Shown here: in pieces, positions 1-11,664 of the stretch
Layout of the letters: every line of letters starts with the position of its first letter
How positions within the stretch are numbered: the first letter of the stretch is position 1
Assembly (NCBI GenBank): GCA_964407925.1
Contig: CAYOXM010000004.1
Location: 12,389 to 76,388, forward strand
Reading direction: 5' to 3'
Origin: an uncultured Gammaproteobacteria bacterium
GTDB taxonomy: Bacteria; Patescibacteriota; Patescibacteriia; SG8-24
Length of the DNA stretch: 64,000 bases
Notes under the pieces: model-generated
Database searches by the model: none
The model's input: only the letters and a program-made list of their open reading frames with translations
Told to the model about the DNA's origin: nothing
Position numbers and translations under genes: made by a program

Positions 1-759
1 TGCGATGAGCGAAACACGGTCCTTTTTCGCCAGCCAGATGCCGAGCGCGACCGCGAGAAGCGCGCCATACTGCGCCGGCGTCAACGAAAGATACCGCGCG
101 TCCCCGCCAGGGAGGTCCCAGGCGCGGTAAAAATCGAGGACGAACCTCGCCGAACCATAGAATACCATGAATCGCGGAAGGAAGCCTTTCTCCCCTTTCC
201 CCCTCCGCTCGATCGAGACGAACCAGGCAAAAATGGCGAAACCGAGGACAGAGAGAAGCAGGCCGTGATCCAGACGCGCCCCCTCCGGATAACGTACGGA
301 AAGGAAAGAATGCGATAGCGTCCCGGGATGGTCGTGGATTAGGAAACAGCCGATGCGGCCGATGCCGTAACCGAGCGGCAGGACGTACGCCGCCACGTCG
401 CCGTACTTTCGAAAATCGACGCGGCGCAGTTTGGCGAAGAGCAACGCGGCGACTGCTGCGCCGGCGAACCCGCCGAAGCTCGACATGCCCCCTTCCCAGA
501 CGCGAAACAGCTTCCAAGGGTCCGCGAGGAAGGACGCCGGATCATACGCCGCGGCGTGAAATACTCGACCGCCGACGAGTGCGGCAATGACGATCCAAGA
601 CGCGAAATCGAGGAATGTGTCGGCGACAAGGCCTCTCTCGCGCGCCTTGCGCGCGCCGGCCCACGCGGCGGTCAGGATGCCGGCGGCGACGAACAGGCCC
701 CATACCTGGATATGGACCGGCCCGATCGGAATTGCCGTAAGACGGAAAAACGGAATCAT
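1..759 (-). CDS. lgt: Prolipoprotein diacylglyceryl transferase (3' end runs off the window)
   Basis: Not in the ORF track. Manual translation gives MIPFFRLTAIPIGPVHIQVWGLF...WEGGMSSFGG...GIGRIGCFLIHDHPG...YGSARFVLDFYR, which carries the Lgt motifs. Its ATG overlaps the upstream TGA (ATGA). Confidence 0.9.
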   Translation of the reverse strand, partial: MIPFFRLTAIPIGPVHIQVWGLFVAAGILTAAWAGARKARERGLVADTFLDFASWIVIAALVGGRVFHAAAYDPASFLADPWKLFRVWEGGMSSFGGFAGAAVAALLFAKLRRVDFRKYGDVAAYVLPLGYGIGRIGCFLIHDHPGTLSHSFLSVRYPEGARLDHGLLLSVLGFAIFAWFVSIERRGKGEKGFLPRFMVFYGSARFVLDFYRAWDLPGGDARYLSLTPAQYGALLAVALGIWLAKKDRVSLIA

Positions 760-2465
760 CGCCCCGGCCGCTTACGGATGAGCGCGAACAGCCACGCGAC
801 GAGCACGAGCGAAACGGCGAAACCGGCCTGGCCGAGCGGCAGCCGCCAGGCCGAAAGCGCGGTATCGAGACGCAGCACGACTGCCGACGCGATGAGAAGC
901 GCGACGGCGAGCACAGCGAGGATGCGGACGTCGTTCTGGCGGTCGAATTCGGCCTTGAGGTCATGCAGCTCCTGCAGGTCGATGCGCACGCCGATCTCGC
1001 CGTGCTCGATCCGCTCGAGGAGCGCCCGCGTCCGCTCGGGAAGGCGCTTCAGGAAATGAAGCGTGTCGAACGCCGACGACTGCAGTTCACGGCTGATTTT
1101 TTCCGGTGCGAATTCTTCGCGCAGGATCTTGCCGACGAATGGGCGGAACTCCGCCTCGAGGTCAATTTCGGGATACAGGCGCATGCCCATCGTCTCGAGC
1201 GTCAGGAACGCCTTGCCGAGCAGCACGAGGTCGGCCGGAAAGGTGATGCCGCGACGGGCGCCAGCGAGCAAGACGTTGTAGAACGCGAACGCGACGCCCT
1301 TGCGGTCCGTCGGCTTGTAGAGCACGCCCGTCACGACGGCACGCACGTCGCGGCCGAACGCCTCGGCATCACCCTCTTCGGGGTTTTCCGCGAGATCGAG
1401 CACGTGCCGAGCGTAACCGTCGACGTCCCTGTTCAGGAAGCAGGCGAAGCAGCTGAGCAGCTCGTAGCGCGATTTTTCGGAAAGCGCGCCGACCATGCCG
1501 AAATCGTACAGACCGAGCCGGGGGCCGCCCTCGCCGCGCAGCGCCACGAGATTGCCGGGGTGCGGATCTGCATGGAAGAATCCGGCGACGAAAAACTGGC
1601 GGAATCCGGCATTCAGCCCCAAGAGCGCGAGCGCCTTGCGGTCGATGCCGGCCTTCGCGAGACCGTCGAGATCGTCCACCTTTACGCCTTCCACGAGGTC
1701 GATGACAAGCACCCCCTTGGTCGTCCGGTCCCAATGCACGCGAGGGATCACGACGGAGGGATCGTCCTTGAACATCTCGCGGAAACGATCCATGTTCGCC
1801 CCCTCCACCTCGAAATCAAGTTCTCGCAGCGTCCAGTCGGCGAACTCCCGCGCGACGCGCGCGGGACGGAAACGCCTGCTTTCCGGAACGTGTTCCTCGA
1901 GAAGCCTCGTGAGGGTCGCGAGGATGTGGATGTCGGTCTTCACCTGCCGCTCGATGCCGGGACGCCGCACCTTCACCGCGACGCGCGACCCGTCGCGAAG
2001 GACGGCACGATGCACCTGCGCGAGCGAGGCGGCGGCGACCGGTTTTTCCTCGAATTCGGCGAAAACGTTTTCGATGGGCTGCCGCAGCTCCTCTTCGACG
2101 ATTTTCTCGGCCACTCCGGGAGCAAGCGGGCGCACCCCGTCCTGGAGCTTGGCGAACTCGGCGGCGAACCGTTCGGGAACGACGTCCGTGCGCATGCTGA
2201 GCACTTGGCCGAGCTTCACCCAGGCGGGCCCGAGCCTTTCGAACGCCCTGCGGAACCGGACCTCGAGCGGCGGCTCCCCGCCGACCCCCGCGCCGTCGGG
2301 AATGCCGACGCGCAGCCTCGCGCGGACGCGCGAGCCGAACGGAACGAGATAGCGGAGCCGCAACTCATCCACGAAAAAAGAAAGCCCTTCCTCGAAGAGC
2401 ACGGTAAGCACGTCCCTGAACCGCTTCAGGTCGCCGGCGGTCTGCTTGAGCGGGTTCAGCGTCAT
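756..2465 (-). CDS. ABC1/UbiB (AarF) atypical protein kinase family protein
   Basis: LGPAWVKLGQ, AAASLAQVH, VAVKV, FFHADPHPGN and DFGM motifs, plus two C-terminal TM helices. Start trimmed to MTLNPLK. Confidence 0.92.
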   Translation of the reverse strand: MTLNPLKQTAGDLKRFRDVLTVLFEEGLSFFVDELRLRYLVPFGSRVRARLRVGIPDGAGVGGEPPLEVRFRRAFERLGPAWVKLGQVLSMRTDVVPERFAAEFAKLQDGVRPLAPGVAEKIVEEELRQPIENVFAEFEEKPVAAASLAQVHRAVLRDGSRVAVKVRRPGIERQVKTDIHILATLTRLLEEHVPESRRFRPARVAREFADWTLRELDFEVEGANMDRFREMFKDDPSVVIPRVHWDRTTKGVLVIDLVEGVKVDDLDGLAKAGIDRKALALLGLNAGFRQFFVAGFFHADPHPGNLVALRGEGGPRLGLYDFGMVGALSEKSRYELLSCFACFLNRDVDGYARHVLDLAENPEEGDAEAFGRDVRAVVTGVLYKPTDRKGVAFAFYNVLLAGARRGITFPADLVLLGKAFLTLETMGMRLYPEIDLEAEFRPFVGKILREEFAPEKISRELQSSAFDTLHFLKRLPERTRALLERIEHGEIGVRIDLQELHDLKAEFDRQNDVRILAVLAVALLIASAVVLRLDTALSAWRLPLGQAGFAVSLVLVAWLFALIRKRPGR

Positions 2466-2920
2466 ATCGCGCCTAGGCGCTCGAGCGCCTTGCGGAAAGC
2501 TTTTACCGCGCCCTTCGCCACGCCCGCGTCCAAGTGATAACTCGCCTCGTGCGCGAGCTGATTGCGCACCTTGTGCGCCCACCACACCTCGCGCAGTTCC
2601 GGATACTTGTACTGCGCGAACTTCAGCCGCTCGCCCATCGTCGTTCCGGCCATCGCGAGCGTCTTGAGCGCGTGATCGAGCAGCTTGTCCGCCTCGAGAA
2701 TCGCGACCTTGCGGTTCATCTCGCCGGGCGACTCGATCATCCGTTCAATCTCCGCCCAGCGCTTGCGCATCGCCTCGCGATCGTCGCTGTCGAACGCGCG
2801 CGACGCGAGCCAGCCTCGTACCTTCGACACCGCGAGCGCCGCAACGACGACGACCATCGCGCCGAGCGCGATGACGCCGAGTGCCGGGATGACGCGCGCG
2901 ATGTCGATGGTGACGGTCAT
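2462..2920 (-). CDS. Membrane-anchored protein with HEPN-like RxxxxH motif
   Basis: N-terminal TM helix, then a helical domain ADKLLDHALK...GERLK...HKVRNQLAHE. Its stop overlaps the start of the kinase gene. Confidence 0.7.
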   Translation of the reverse strand: MTVTIDIARVIPALGVIALGAMVVVVAALAVSKVRGWLASRAFDSDDREAMRKRWAEIERMIESPGEMNRKVAILEADKLLDHALKTLAMAGTTMGERLKFAQYKYPELREVWWAHKVRNQLAHEASYHLDAGVAKGAVKAFRKALERLGAI

Positions 2921-2925
2921 AAGCG

Positions 2926-3492
2926 CTACCCCTTCGTCCAGTGCACGCGGACGAGCTTGTCCCCCTCCGACCACGTGATGGTGAGCTTGCCGCCCTTATG
3001 GCTGCGATGCACCTGCTTGCCGATCGCGACCGCGAGCTGGTTCTCGGACGTGTACGCGCGGACGGCGCCGCCGGATTCGGCGATGCGCACGATGCGATCC
3101 ATCGGATCTCGCGCGATGGCGCGCTTGCCGACGTTACGGATGAGGCCGAGAATTTCCACCTTTTCCGTCGGCGAAAATTCGCCGTCGAGGACGACCTCGC
3201 CCGCGTACGCGACCCCCGACGACGTTTTTTTCTTCTGCGCTCTGCACTCCTCGCACATCCCCGCCTTGAGCCAGGTGATGTCCATGTCTCCGGCGAGCAC
3301 TGCCGGCGAATGCCAATGCTTGTCGAAATAGATCGCTCCGCAGCTTCCGCAGCGGATTGCGCCCTCGCGGCCCGCGGACCCCCCCTTATGGAGGTCGCCC
3401 TTGGTGCGCCCGCCCTTCGGTCGCGCCGCGACCGCCTTCGACGTCCCCTTCTTTACGGACTTCTTCGTGATGAGCCGCTTCTGCTTTGGCAT
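2926..3492 (-). CDS. BCAM0308-like (NMD3-related) zinc-ribbon protein
   Basis: CGSC...W...CEEC, DPMDRIV, LAVAIG and C-terminal LVRVHW, with a Lys-rich N-terminal tail. Confidence 0.7.
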   Translation of the reverse strand: MPKQKRLITKKSVKKGTSKAVAARPKGGRTKGDLHKGGSAGREGAIRCGSCGAIYFDKHWHSPAVLAGDMDITWLKAGMCEECRAQKKKTSSGVAYAGEVVLDGEFSPTEKVEILGLIRNVGKRAIARDPMDRIVRIAESGGAVRAYTSENQLAVAIGKQVHRSHKGGKLTITWSEGDKLVRVHWTKG

Positions 3493-3502
3493 AGGTTCGC
3501 GG

Positions 3503-4966
3503 TTAGGCGTTTGGAGGAATCAGTTTCCCGGCAAGGCCGGCGGCTCGCTCATAGGCGTGCGCGGCGCCGAGAAGCGTTTTTTCGTCGAAGTGGCGGCCGA
3601 TGAGCTGGAGACCGACTGGCAGGCCAGCGTCGAACCCGCACGGGACGCTGATGCCGGGGAGCCCCGCGACGTTCACCGACACCGTGTAGATGTCGGAAAG
3701 GTACATCGCGAGCGGATCGTCGACCTTCTCGCCGAGCTTCCATGCGGCGGTCGGCGCTGTCGGCGTCGCGATGACGTCGACTTCGGTAAAGGCCTGGCTA
3801 AAGTCGTTGGAAATGAGCCGCCGGACCTTGAGCGCCTTCAGGTAGTACGCGTCGTAATAGCCGGACGAAAGCGCGTACGTTCCCACCATGATGCGGCGGC
3901 GCACCTCGCGCCCGAATCCCTGGCCGCGCGACTTGCGATATGTCTCTTCGAGCGTGCCGCCGGCGACGCGCGTGCCGAAACGGATGCCGTCGAACCGCGA
4001 AAGGTTTGCGCTCACCTCGGACGGCATCAGCACGTAATACACCGCGAGCGCGTGTTCCGCGTGCGGAAGCGACACTTCCTTGATTTCGGCGCCGAGCGAC
4101 TGGAGCGTCGCGACCGCGTCACGGACGGCCTTTTCGACGCCAGGGGCCATGCCGGAGACGAAATACTCCTTCGGCAGGCCGACACGGAGGCCCTTGAGCG
4201 ATTCGGGGAACCGATCGGGCAGCGCCCACCCCGGCTCGAGATCGACGCTCGTCGCATCCATCATGTCACGACCCTCGATGGCGCCGAGCATCAGCGCGGC
4301 GTCCTCGACGGTGCGCGTGAAGGGACCGATCTGGTCGAGGCTCGACGCCATCGCCATGAGGCCGTAACGGGACACGCGGCCGTACGTCGGCTTGAGGCCG
4401 ACGACGCCGCACATCGCGGCAGGCTGGCGGATGGAGCCGCCGGTATCGGAACCCAGCGCGGCGACGGCCGAACCTTCGGCCACGGCGATCGCCGAACCGC
4501 CCGACGATCCGCCCGGGATACGCTCGAGGTCCCACGGATTCTTGGATGGCCCGTGGCAGGAGGTCTCGGTCGATCCGCCCATCGCGAACTCATCGAGGTT
4601 GGTCTTGCCGAGAATGACGGCGCCGGCCTCCTTGAGCCGCCTCACGACGGTCGCGTCATACGGCGCGACGTACTCCTTGATGACGTTCGACGCCGCCGTC
4701 GCGCGGACGCCGGCGACGAGCATGTTGTCCTTAATGGCGACCGGCGCACCGTCGAGCGGCGAAAGCGGTTCGCCCGCCCTTCGCCTGGCGTCGGACGCGG
4801 CAGCGTCAGCGAGCGCCGACTCCTCCGTTATCTCGACGTACGCCTTGGTTGTTCCCGCGTTCTTCTTCGCGACCGCCAAACAGTCCCCGACCGCCTCGGC
4901 CGAAGACCATTCCCCTTTCGCCAGTCCCGCGGAGAGCTCGGCGAGCGTTTTCCTTGCAAGCGACAT
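3503..4966 (-). CDS. gatA: Asp/Glu-tRNA amidotransferase subunit A
   Basis: Amidase signature GKTNLDEFAMG, PGGSSGGSA, GSDTGGSIRQPA, and SSGYYDAYY. Confidence 0.97.
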   Translation of the reverse strand: MSLARKTLAELSAGLAKGEWSSAEAVGDCLAVAKKNAGTTKAYVEITEESALADAAASDARRRAGEPLSPLDGAPVAIKDNMLVAGVRATAASNVIKEYVAPYDATVVRRLKEAGAVILGKTNLDEFAMGGSTETSCHGPSKNPWDLERIPGGSSGGSAIAVAEGSAVAALGSDTGGSIRQPAAMCGVVGLKPTYGRVSRYGLMAMASSLDQIGPFTRTVEDAALMLGAIEGRDMMDATSVDLEPGWALPDRFPESLKGLRVGLPKEYFVSGMAPGVEKAVRDAVATLQSLGAEIKEVSLPHAEHALAVYYVLMPSEVSANLSRFDGIRFGTRVAGGTLEETYRKSRGQGFGREVRRRIMVGTYALSSGYYDAYYLKALKVRRLISNDFSQAFTEVDVIATPTAPTAAWKLGEKVDDPLAMYLSDIYTVSVNVAGLPGISVPCGFDAGLPVGLQLIGRHFDEKTLLGAAHAYERAAGLAGKLIPPNA

Positions 4967-4974
4967 ATGGCAGA

Positions 4975-5268
4975 TCAGGAAAAGACGGCTTTCACCTTGA
5001 GCATGTCGCCTTCGCGCTCGGGAAATTCGCCGAGCAGCGCGTCCCGCGTCCCTTTCGGGCACGGGGCGGGCTCATCGGCCCCGAAAACGTTTCGCACGGC
5101 GATGCTGTGCGCCATCGGCTCGATACCTTCGGTGTCGACCGTGCCGAGCGCGCCGACGTATTCCAAAATGGACGACAGTTGCCGCGTAAGTGCGTCTTTT
5201 TCCTCGACGGGGAGCTCCAGACGGGCAAGCCGTGCGATGTGTTCGACTTCAGCGGGAGTCAGCGACAT
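4975..5268 (-). CDS. gatC: Asp/Glu-tRNA amidotransferase subunit C
   Basis: EVEHIARLARL...VDTEGIEP...LKVKAVF, directly upstream of gatA. Confidence 0.95.
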   Translation of the reverse strand: MSLTPAEVEHIARLARLELPVEEKDALTRQLSSILEYVGALGTVDTEGIEPMAHSIAVRNVFGADEPAPCPKGTRDALLGEFPEREGDMLKVKAVFS

Positions 5269-5275
5269 AGGCAGT

Positions 5276-7431
<2,156 letters not shown>

Positions 7432-7433
<2 letters not shown>

Positions 7434-8310
7434 ATGGACAGCTGATGGTACCGCTCTTCACGATGGAACATTCGCTGAACACGACGAAATCGTATACTCC
7501 CGAAAGCGGCGTCTGCCGCGGCAGGGTGATGAGCAGCTTCTGCTCCACACCGGCGAACGTGCCGCGACTGTCGACTTTGACGCGACCGGGGAGGTTCACC
7601 GGCGCGTTCCCCGCGTCGTACCCGCGGATCTGCACGTTCTCGAGCGCCCCCTTTCGGGCGACGAGCCTGATGCGGTACAGCTTGTCCGGCGCCGCGACAG
7701 GGAGCACGGCGGTACCGCCGACGTACTGGTTCACGCCGATGGCCACGTTCGCCGCGTTGAGCGGGTCCCACGCGCCTCCGGGCTGCCAGCCGATGAGCGT
7801 CGCGCCCAGTACCGTACAGCCGGAGCAGGCATCGGTCCACGTCACCTCGACTTTGGCCACGTTCGCGCTCGCCTGCGTATCGGGATTGAAGAGCGCGATT
7901 TCCGTGAAGGAATCCTCGAGGATGGTCCCCGCGTAAATGACGCTCTCCTTGTCGTCGACCGACCGCTTCCATGTCGCGTTGTTGGTGAGGGCGGTGGCGC
8001 TGCTCACCGACGACGGCAGCGTGCCGGTCCGCCGCGCCTTGAACAGGGCGTCTTCCGCGCCGCTTTCGGCCGCGTAGTACGCGACGATGGCGCTGTCGAT
8101 GACGCGGGTCTGCTGGAGCGAACTCAGGATGAGCGAACCCAGACCGACGGACGATATGACGACCGACGACATGACGATGAGCGCCATGAGCAGGACGGTG
8201 CCACGGGAGTCGAAGGCGGAGGGTCGAGAGTGGTGAGTCTCGCGCGCCGAACCTCGCCCCGCGAAAGGACGTTCCACTTTCCACTTTCCGCTTTCCACTG
8301 GACGTACCAT
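7432..8310 (-). CDS. PilX-like minor pilin / pilus assembly protein
   Basis: RG^TVLLMALIVM hydrophobic segment and AYYAAESGAEDAL PilX N-terminal motif. Start trimmed to MVRPVESG. Confidence 0.8.
8207..8299. repeat. Inverted heptamer-repeat element, copy D (in frame in a prepilin leader)
   Basis: TTCCACT-TTCCACT-TTCCGCT-TTCCACT at about 8272-8299, facing a degenerate GAGTCGA/AGGCGGA/GGGTCGA/GAGTGGT arm. Confidence 0.6.
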
Positions 8311-8312
8311 AG

Positions 8313-8939
8313 CTATCTCTTGTATTTCCTGTTCGTCGCCGTCGTCTGGAGGTAAACGACGGAACGCTCGGCCTGCCGCTCCGCCGAGCTTTCGAGCATC
8401 AGGACGGCGGTCACGCGCGGCTGGAGGTTGGCGGCATACGTTCCCGTGTTCGGATCGAACGCGTTCGGATCGGTCACGGGACCGATGTAGAACTTCACGT
8501 TGTCCACCTTCACGCCCTTCGGGGTGATCGGCGCCGGCGTTCCCGTGCCGACGGTCACGAGCAGGCACGGCCTGCTGAGCGTGTCCGCGCAATTCGACTC
8601 GTTGCCGGAGTCGCTCACGTGGAAACGAAGCTTCGTGTTCGTGCTGTCGATGAGCGCGAGTTCCCCCTCCGGGACGCCGATGGCGGTTCCGCGCGAAACG
8701 TAATACGCGTAATCGAGCGTCCCGGTGCGCACCTCGCGGACGATCGCCTCCATGGTGAACCGCGCGTCCGCCTGGACGCGTTCCAGGCCGAACATCTTGC
8801 GCTGCGACTTGTTGGCGAGCAGGAAGATGTCCGACGCCGCGACGACGACGGTCGAGAAGATGCCGAGGACGACGAGCAGCTCCATCAGCGTGAAGCCGCG
8901 CGCCGCCGCGATTTTCCGCGCATGGACGGTCCTCCGCAT
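8313..8939 (-). CDS. Minor type IV pilin (PilW-like position)
   Basis: RG^FTLMELLVVLGIF class III signal peptide. Confidence 0.88.
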   Translation of the reverse strand: MRRTVHARKIAAARGFTLMELLVVLGIFSTVVVAASDIFLLANKSQRKMFGLERVQADARFTMEAIVREVRTGTLDYAYYVSRGTAIGVPEGELALIDSTNTKLRFHVSDSGNESNCADTLSRPCLLVTVGTGTPAPITPKGVKVDNVKFYIGPVTDPNAFDPNTGTYAANLQPRVTAVLMLESSAERQAERSVVYLQTTATNRKYKR

Positions 8940-8940
8940 A

Positions 8941-9615
8941 TCAGCGCCAATTGAACATCCGCTCTTCGACATCGAGCGTGTGCACGCGGCCGGCGACGGC
9001 CCAGCGCATCTTCGAGGTCACGCGCATGCCGATCTTCTCGGCCGCGCCGCAACCGGCGCCGCTCGTCACGATGGTGTAGCCGCCCGCGCCGTTGTCGCAC
9101 AGGGGGTCGGTGACGATCAGCCGGCTGAACCCCGAGACTACGGTACCCGCGGGCTGCGCGGCAGCCTGGACGAACAACCCGACGGTGGCGCCGCCGCCGC
9201 CCGTGGTGTAACGGTACACGCGCGCCGCGTTCGCGGTGATGACGTTCGCGGCCGCGTAGTTGACCGACCACGCGTTCGTCGACGGCGAAAATTCGGCAAT
9301 GCCCGTGTAATCGGTGCCGTTGTACAGCCCGCTGTCGAACTGCTGGCCCGCCAGCCAGTTCGAGTCGCGTATCGCGCGCACCGCCTCGATGCCTTCGCGC
9401 GCCAAATTGCCGGCCATGATGCTCGCCTCGCTCTCCTTTTCGGCCTTGATGGTCCCCGCGACCAGCGTGAGCGCGGACGACACCGCCGTCACGATGATGC
9501 CCGTCGCGATGATCGCCTCGAGCATGCTCTGCCCCCTTTGGCGAAGTCCGCGACCGCGGCGCGGCCGATTGCGCTCCGGCAGGGCGTTGTCCGAAAACGT
9601 CGCGGCGTGAGGCAT
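8941..9615 (-). CDS. Minor type IV pilin (PilV-like)
   Basis: RG^QSMLEAIIATGII and LAREGIEAVRAIRDSNW. Confidence 0.85.
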   Translation of the reverse strand: MPHAATFSDNALPERNRPRRGRGLRQRGQSMLEAIIATGIIVTAVSSALTLVAGTIKAEKESEASIMAGNLAREGIEAVRAIRDSNWLAGQQFDSGLYNGTDYTGIAEFSPSTNAWSVNYAAANVITANAARVYRYTTGGGGATVGLFVQAAAQPAGTVVSGFSRLIVTDPLCDNGAGGYTIVTSGAGCGAAEKIGMRVTSKMRWAVAGRVHTLDVEERMFNWR

Positions 9616-9616
9616 A

Positions 9617-10237
9617 TCAGTCGGCGTTGACTTGTCCCGTGATGCGGTTCACCGTCACGTTTTTCGTCTGGCCCGTCGCCGCGTGCCGCGTGGTGACGGA
9701 CGCCACGCCGGTCGCCGTCGAACCGTTGAAGTACACCGAAGGTTTCGGCGGCTCGAAGACGATGTCGAGCGTCGCGCCGGCAGCGGGAGAGAGCGTCGAC
9801 ACCTTCACGCTCGGACCAGGCGACGCCGAGTCCGACCGGATGAGTTCGCCCGCGTCATAGGCGCGGTCGCCGTCAAGGTCGGCGAACAGGATGACGCTGC
9901 GGTCGTCCGGCGACGTCGTCGAGAGCCGGATGCCGTAACCGCGCGGCACTTCGACGACGCACGTGCCGCCGCCGCACTCCGCGCTGAGGCCCGACGGGCA
10001 CGTTTGCAGGTCGCGCGTTCCTCCGCGGCAGAACGCCGTCGTTTGGCCGGCGACGGCGAGCGTCTGCGCGCGCCGGATTGCGGTCGCCACGAGCTGGCTC
10101 GACAGTCGCAGCTCGTCACCCTGCCGGCCCGCGCGGAAATTCGCGGTGACGAACGCCGTCACGACGGCGAAAATGCTCATTGAGAGGAGCATCTCGATGA
10201 GCGTGAACCCGCGCAAAATTCCGCGATGGCGCGTCAT
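9617..10237 (-). CDS. Minor type IV pilin (FimT/FimU-like)
   Basis: RG^FTLIEMLLSMSIF, IRRAQTLA, LFADLDGD and a four-Cys loop. Confidence 0.85.
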   Translation of the reverse strand: MTRHRGILRGFTLIEMLLSMSIFAVVTAFVTANFRAGRQGDELRLSSQLVATAIRRAQTLAVAGQTTAFCRGGTRDLQTCPSGLSAECGGGTCVVEVPRGYGIRLSTTSPDDRSVILFADLDGDRAYDAGELIRSDSASPGPSVKVSTLSPAAGATLDIVFEPPKPSVYFNGSTATGVASVTTRHAATGQTKNVTVNRITGQVNAD

Positions 10238-11016
10238 AGGAGTCCCAAGTACCACTGCGCGATGTCATTTCCCCAGAGCAGGCTCGCGACGGCGCCGACG
10301 GCGAGGAACGTGCCGAACGGTATCTGGCTCTGCCAAGAACGCTTCTTCGAGGCGAGGAGCGCGAGGCCGAACAGCGCGCCGGAGACGTACGCGACGAACA
10401 GCGCGACCAGCGTGAGCGGCAGGCCGAGCATGGCGCCGACGAGCAGGCCGAGGTGGACGTCGCCGCCGCCGATCCACTTCCCTTTCGACAGCCAGAACTG
10501 CAGTTGGAAGATGCCGGCGCCGACGACCGCGCCGAGAACGAGTCCCGGCCACGGCATGCCGAGAGCGAGGTTGCCCGCAAAGACGAGCGCCGCCGCCGGA
10601 AGCGTCACCGACCGCAGGATCAGCATGTAACGGTAATCGAACACGAACACCACGACGAGCGTCGCGATGAAGTACCAGGCGAGCAGGAGTTTCGCGAGCC
10701 CGCGGGCGTCGATGAATCCCGCCTCAGGGATCATCCTCGCGGCCGCGGCGAGGAAGAGGATGCCGGTAGCCGCCTCGATCACGAAGTACGACGGGCTGAT
10801 TCCCGCCTTGCAGTAACGGCATCGTCCGCGGAGCAGCAGGGCCCAACTGACGAGCGGAATCAGGTCCTTCGGCGCGAGTTCGTGCCGGCACGACGTGCAA
10901 TAGGATCGGCCGGACACGAAGCTCTCGCCGGTCCTGAGCCGCCACAGCACCGCGTTAAGAAAGCTCCCGATGACGGTGCCGAACAGGAAGACGAATGCCG
11001 CGAGAACGGGTGACAT
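10234..11016 (-). CDS. pilD: Prepilin peptidase (A24)
   Basis: GSFLN, RSYCTSC...GRCRYC, GGGDV and IPFGTFL. Confidence 0.96.
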   Translation of the reverse strand: MSPVLAAFVFLFGTVIGSFLNAVLWRLRTGESFVSGRSYCTSCRHELAPKDLIPLVSWALLLRGRCRYCKAGISPSYFVIEAATGILFLAAAARMIPEAGFIDARGLAKLLLAWYFIATLVVVFVFDYRYMLILRSVTLPAAALVFAGNLALGMPWPGLVLGAVVGAGIFQLQFWLSKGKWIGGGDVHLGLLVGAMLGLPLTLVALFVAYVSGALFGLALLASKKRSWQSQIPFGTFLAVGAVASLLWGNDIAQWYLGLL

Positions 11017-11045
11017 GGGCGCTTACTGACGCCGAACGGCGCCCG

Positions 11046-11543
11046 TCATTGGATGCCGCTCTCCGTGGCGGTATGAACGCCCGCGGCAAGGTCGCCGACC
11101 TGGGCGCCGATGCAGAACGCGATCGTGTACGCGCCGCCCGCGGGAGCGGTGTAGCCGTAATCGTTTTGACCGGAAGAGCAGGTCCCGTCGACGGGCGTGG
11201 GAGCCTTCGGCACGAGCCCCATGTAGGTCGTGTCGCCAGAGGCGCACGCGGTCTTCCAGCCGCCGTTCGAGCAGAGCGCGCCGTAGCTGCCGCCGGCGCC
11301 GAGAACGATGGCCGACGCGGCAGTCGGGTACCCGTTGTTTTCCGAATAATAGAGTTCGAGCGCCGTCTGGATCTGCTTGACGTCGGCGACGCGCTTCGAG
11401 TCGCGCGACTTCTGGCGCGCGCTGTTCAAGGCGACGACGGCGAGCGTCGAGAGGATGCCGATGATGGCGATGACCACCAAGAGCTCGATGAGCGTGAAGC
11501 CGGCGTATGCCGGTCGTGAGCCGTCGTTGCGCGTTTTTCGCAT
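11046..11543 (-). CDS. Type IV pilin, second copy
   Basis: AG^FTLIELLVVIAIIGILSTL; paralog of 11665..12147. Confidence 0.92.
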   Translation of the reverse strand: MRKTRNDGSRPAYAGFTLIELLVVIAIIGILSTLAVVALNSARQKSRDSKRVADVKQIQTALELYYSENNGYPTAASAIVLGAGGSYGALCSNGGWKTACASGDTTYMGLVPKAPTPVDGTCSSGQNDYGYTAPAGGAYTIAFCIGAQVGDLAAGVHTATESGIQ

Positions 11544-11613
11544 AGGGTGACTTACTGTGAATACCGCACCAGCATACCATTTTTCGCGCTCAACGGACAA
11601 ATCGCGCGCATAC

Positions 11614-11641
11614 GAAAACCCCTGCTCGAGCAGGGGTTTTC
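11614..11641. terminator. Perfect 28-bp palindrome, intrinsic terminator after the major pilin
   Basis: GAAAACCCCTGCTCGAGCAGGGGTTTTC. Confidence 0.8.
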
Positions 11642-11664
11642 CGGTCCAAAATCCGACGAGCGGA

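Noticed and set aside
3503-5268. gatB missing next to gatCA
   Set aside because: Split gat operons are common, and gatB is probably elsewhere in the genome.
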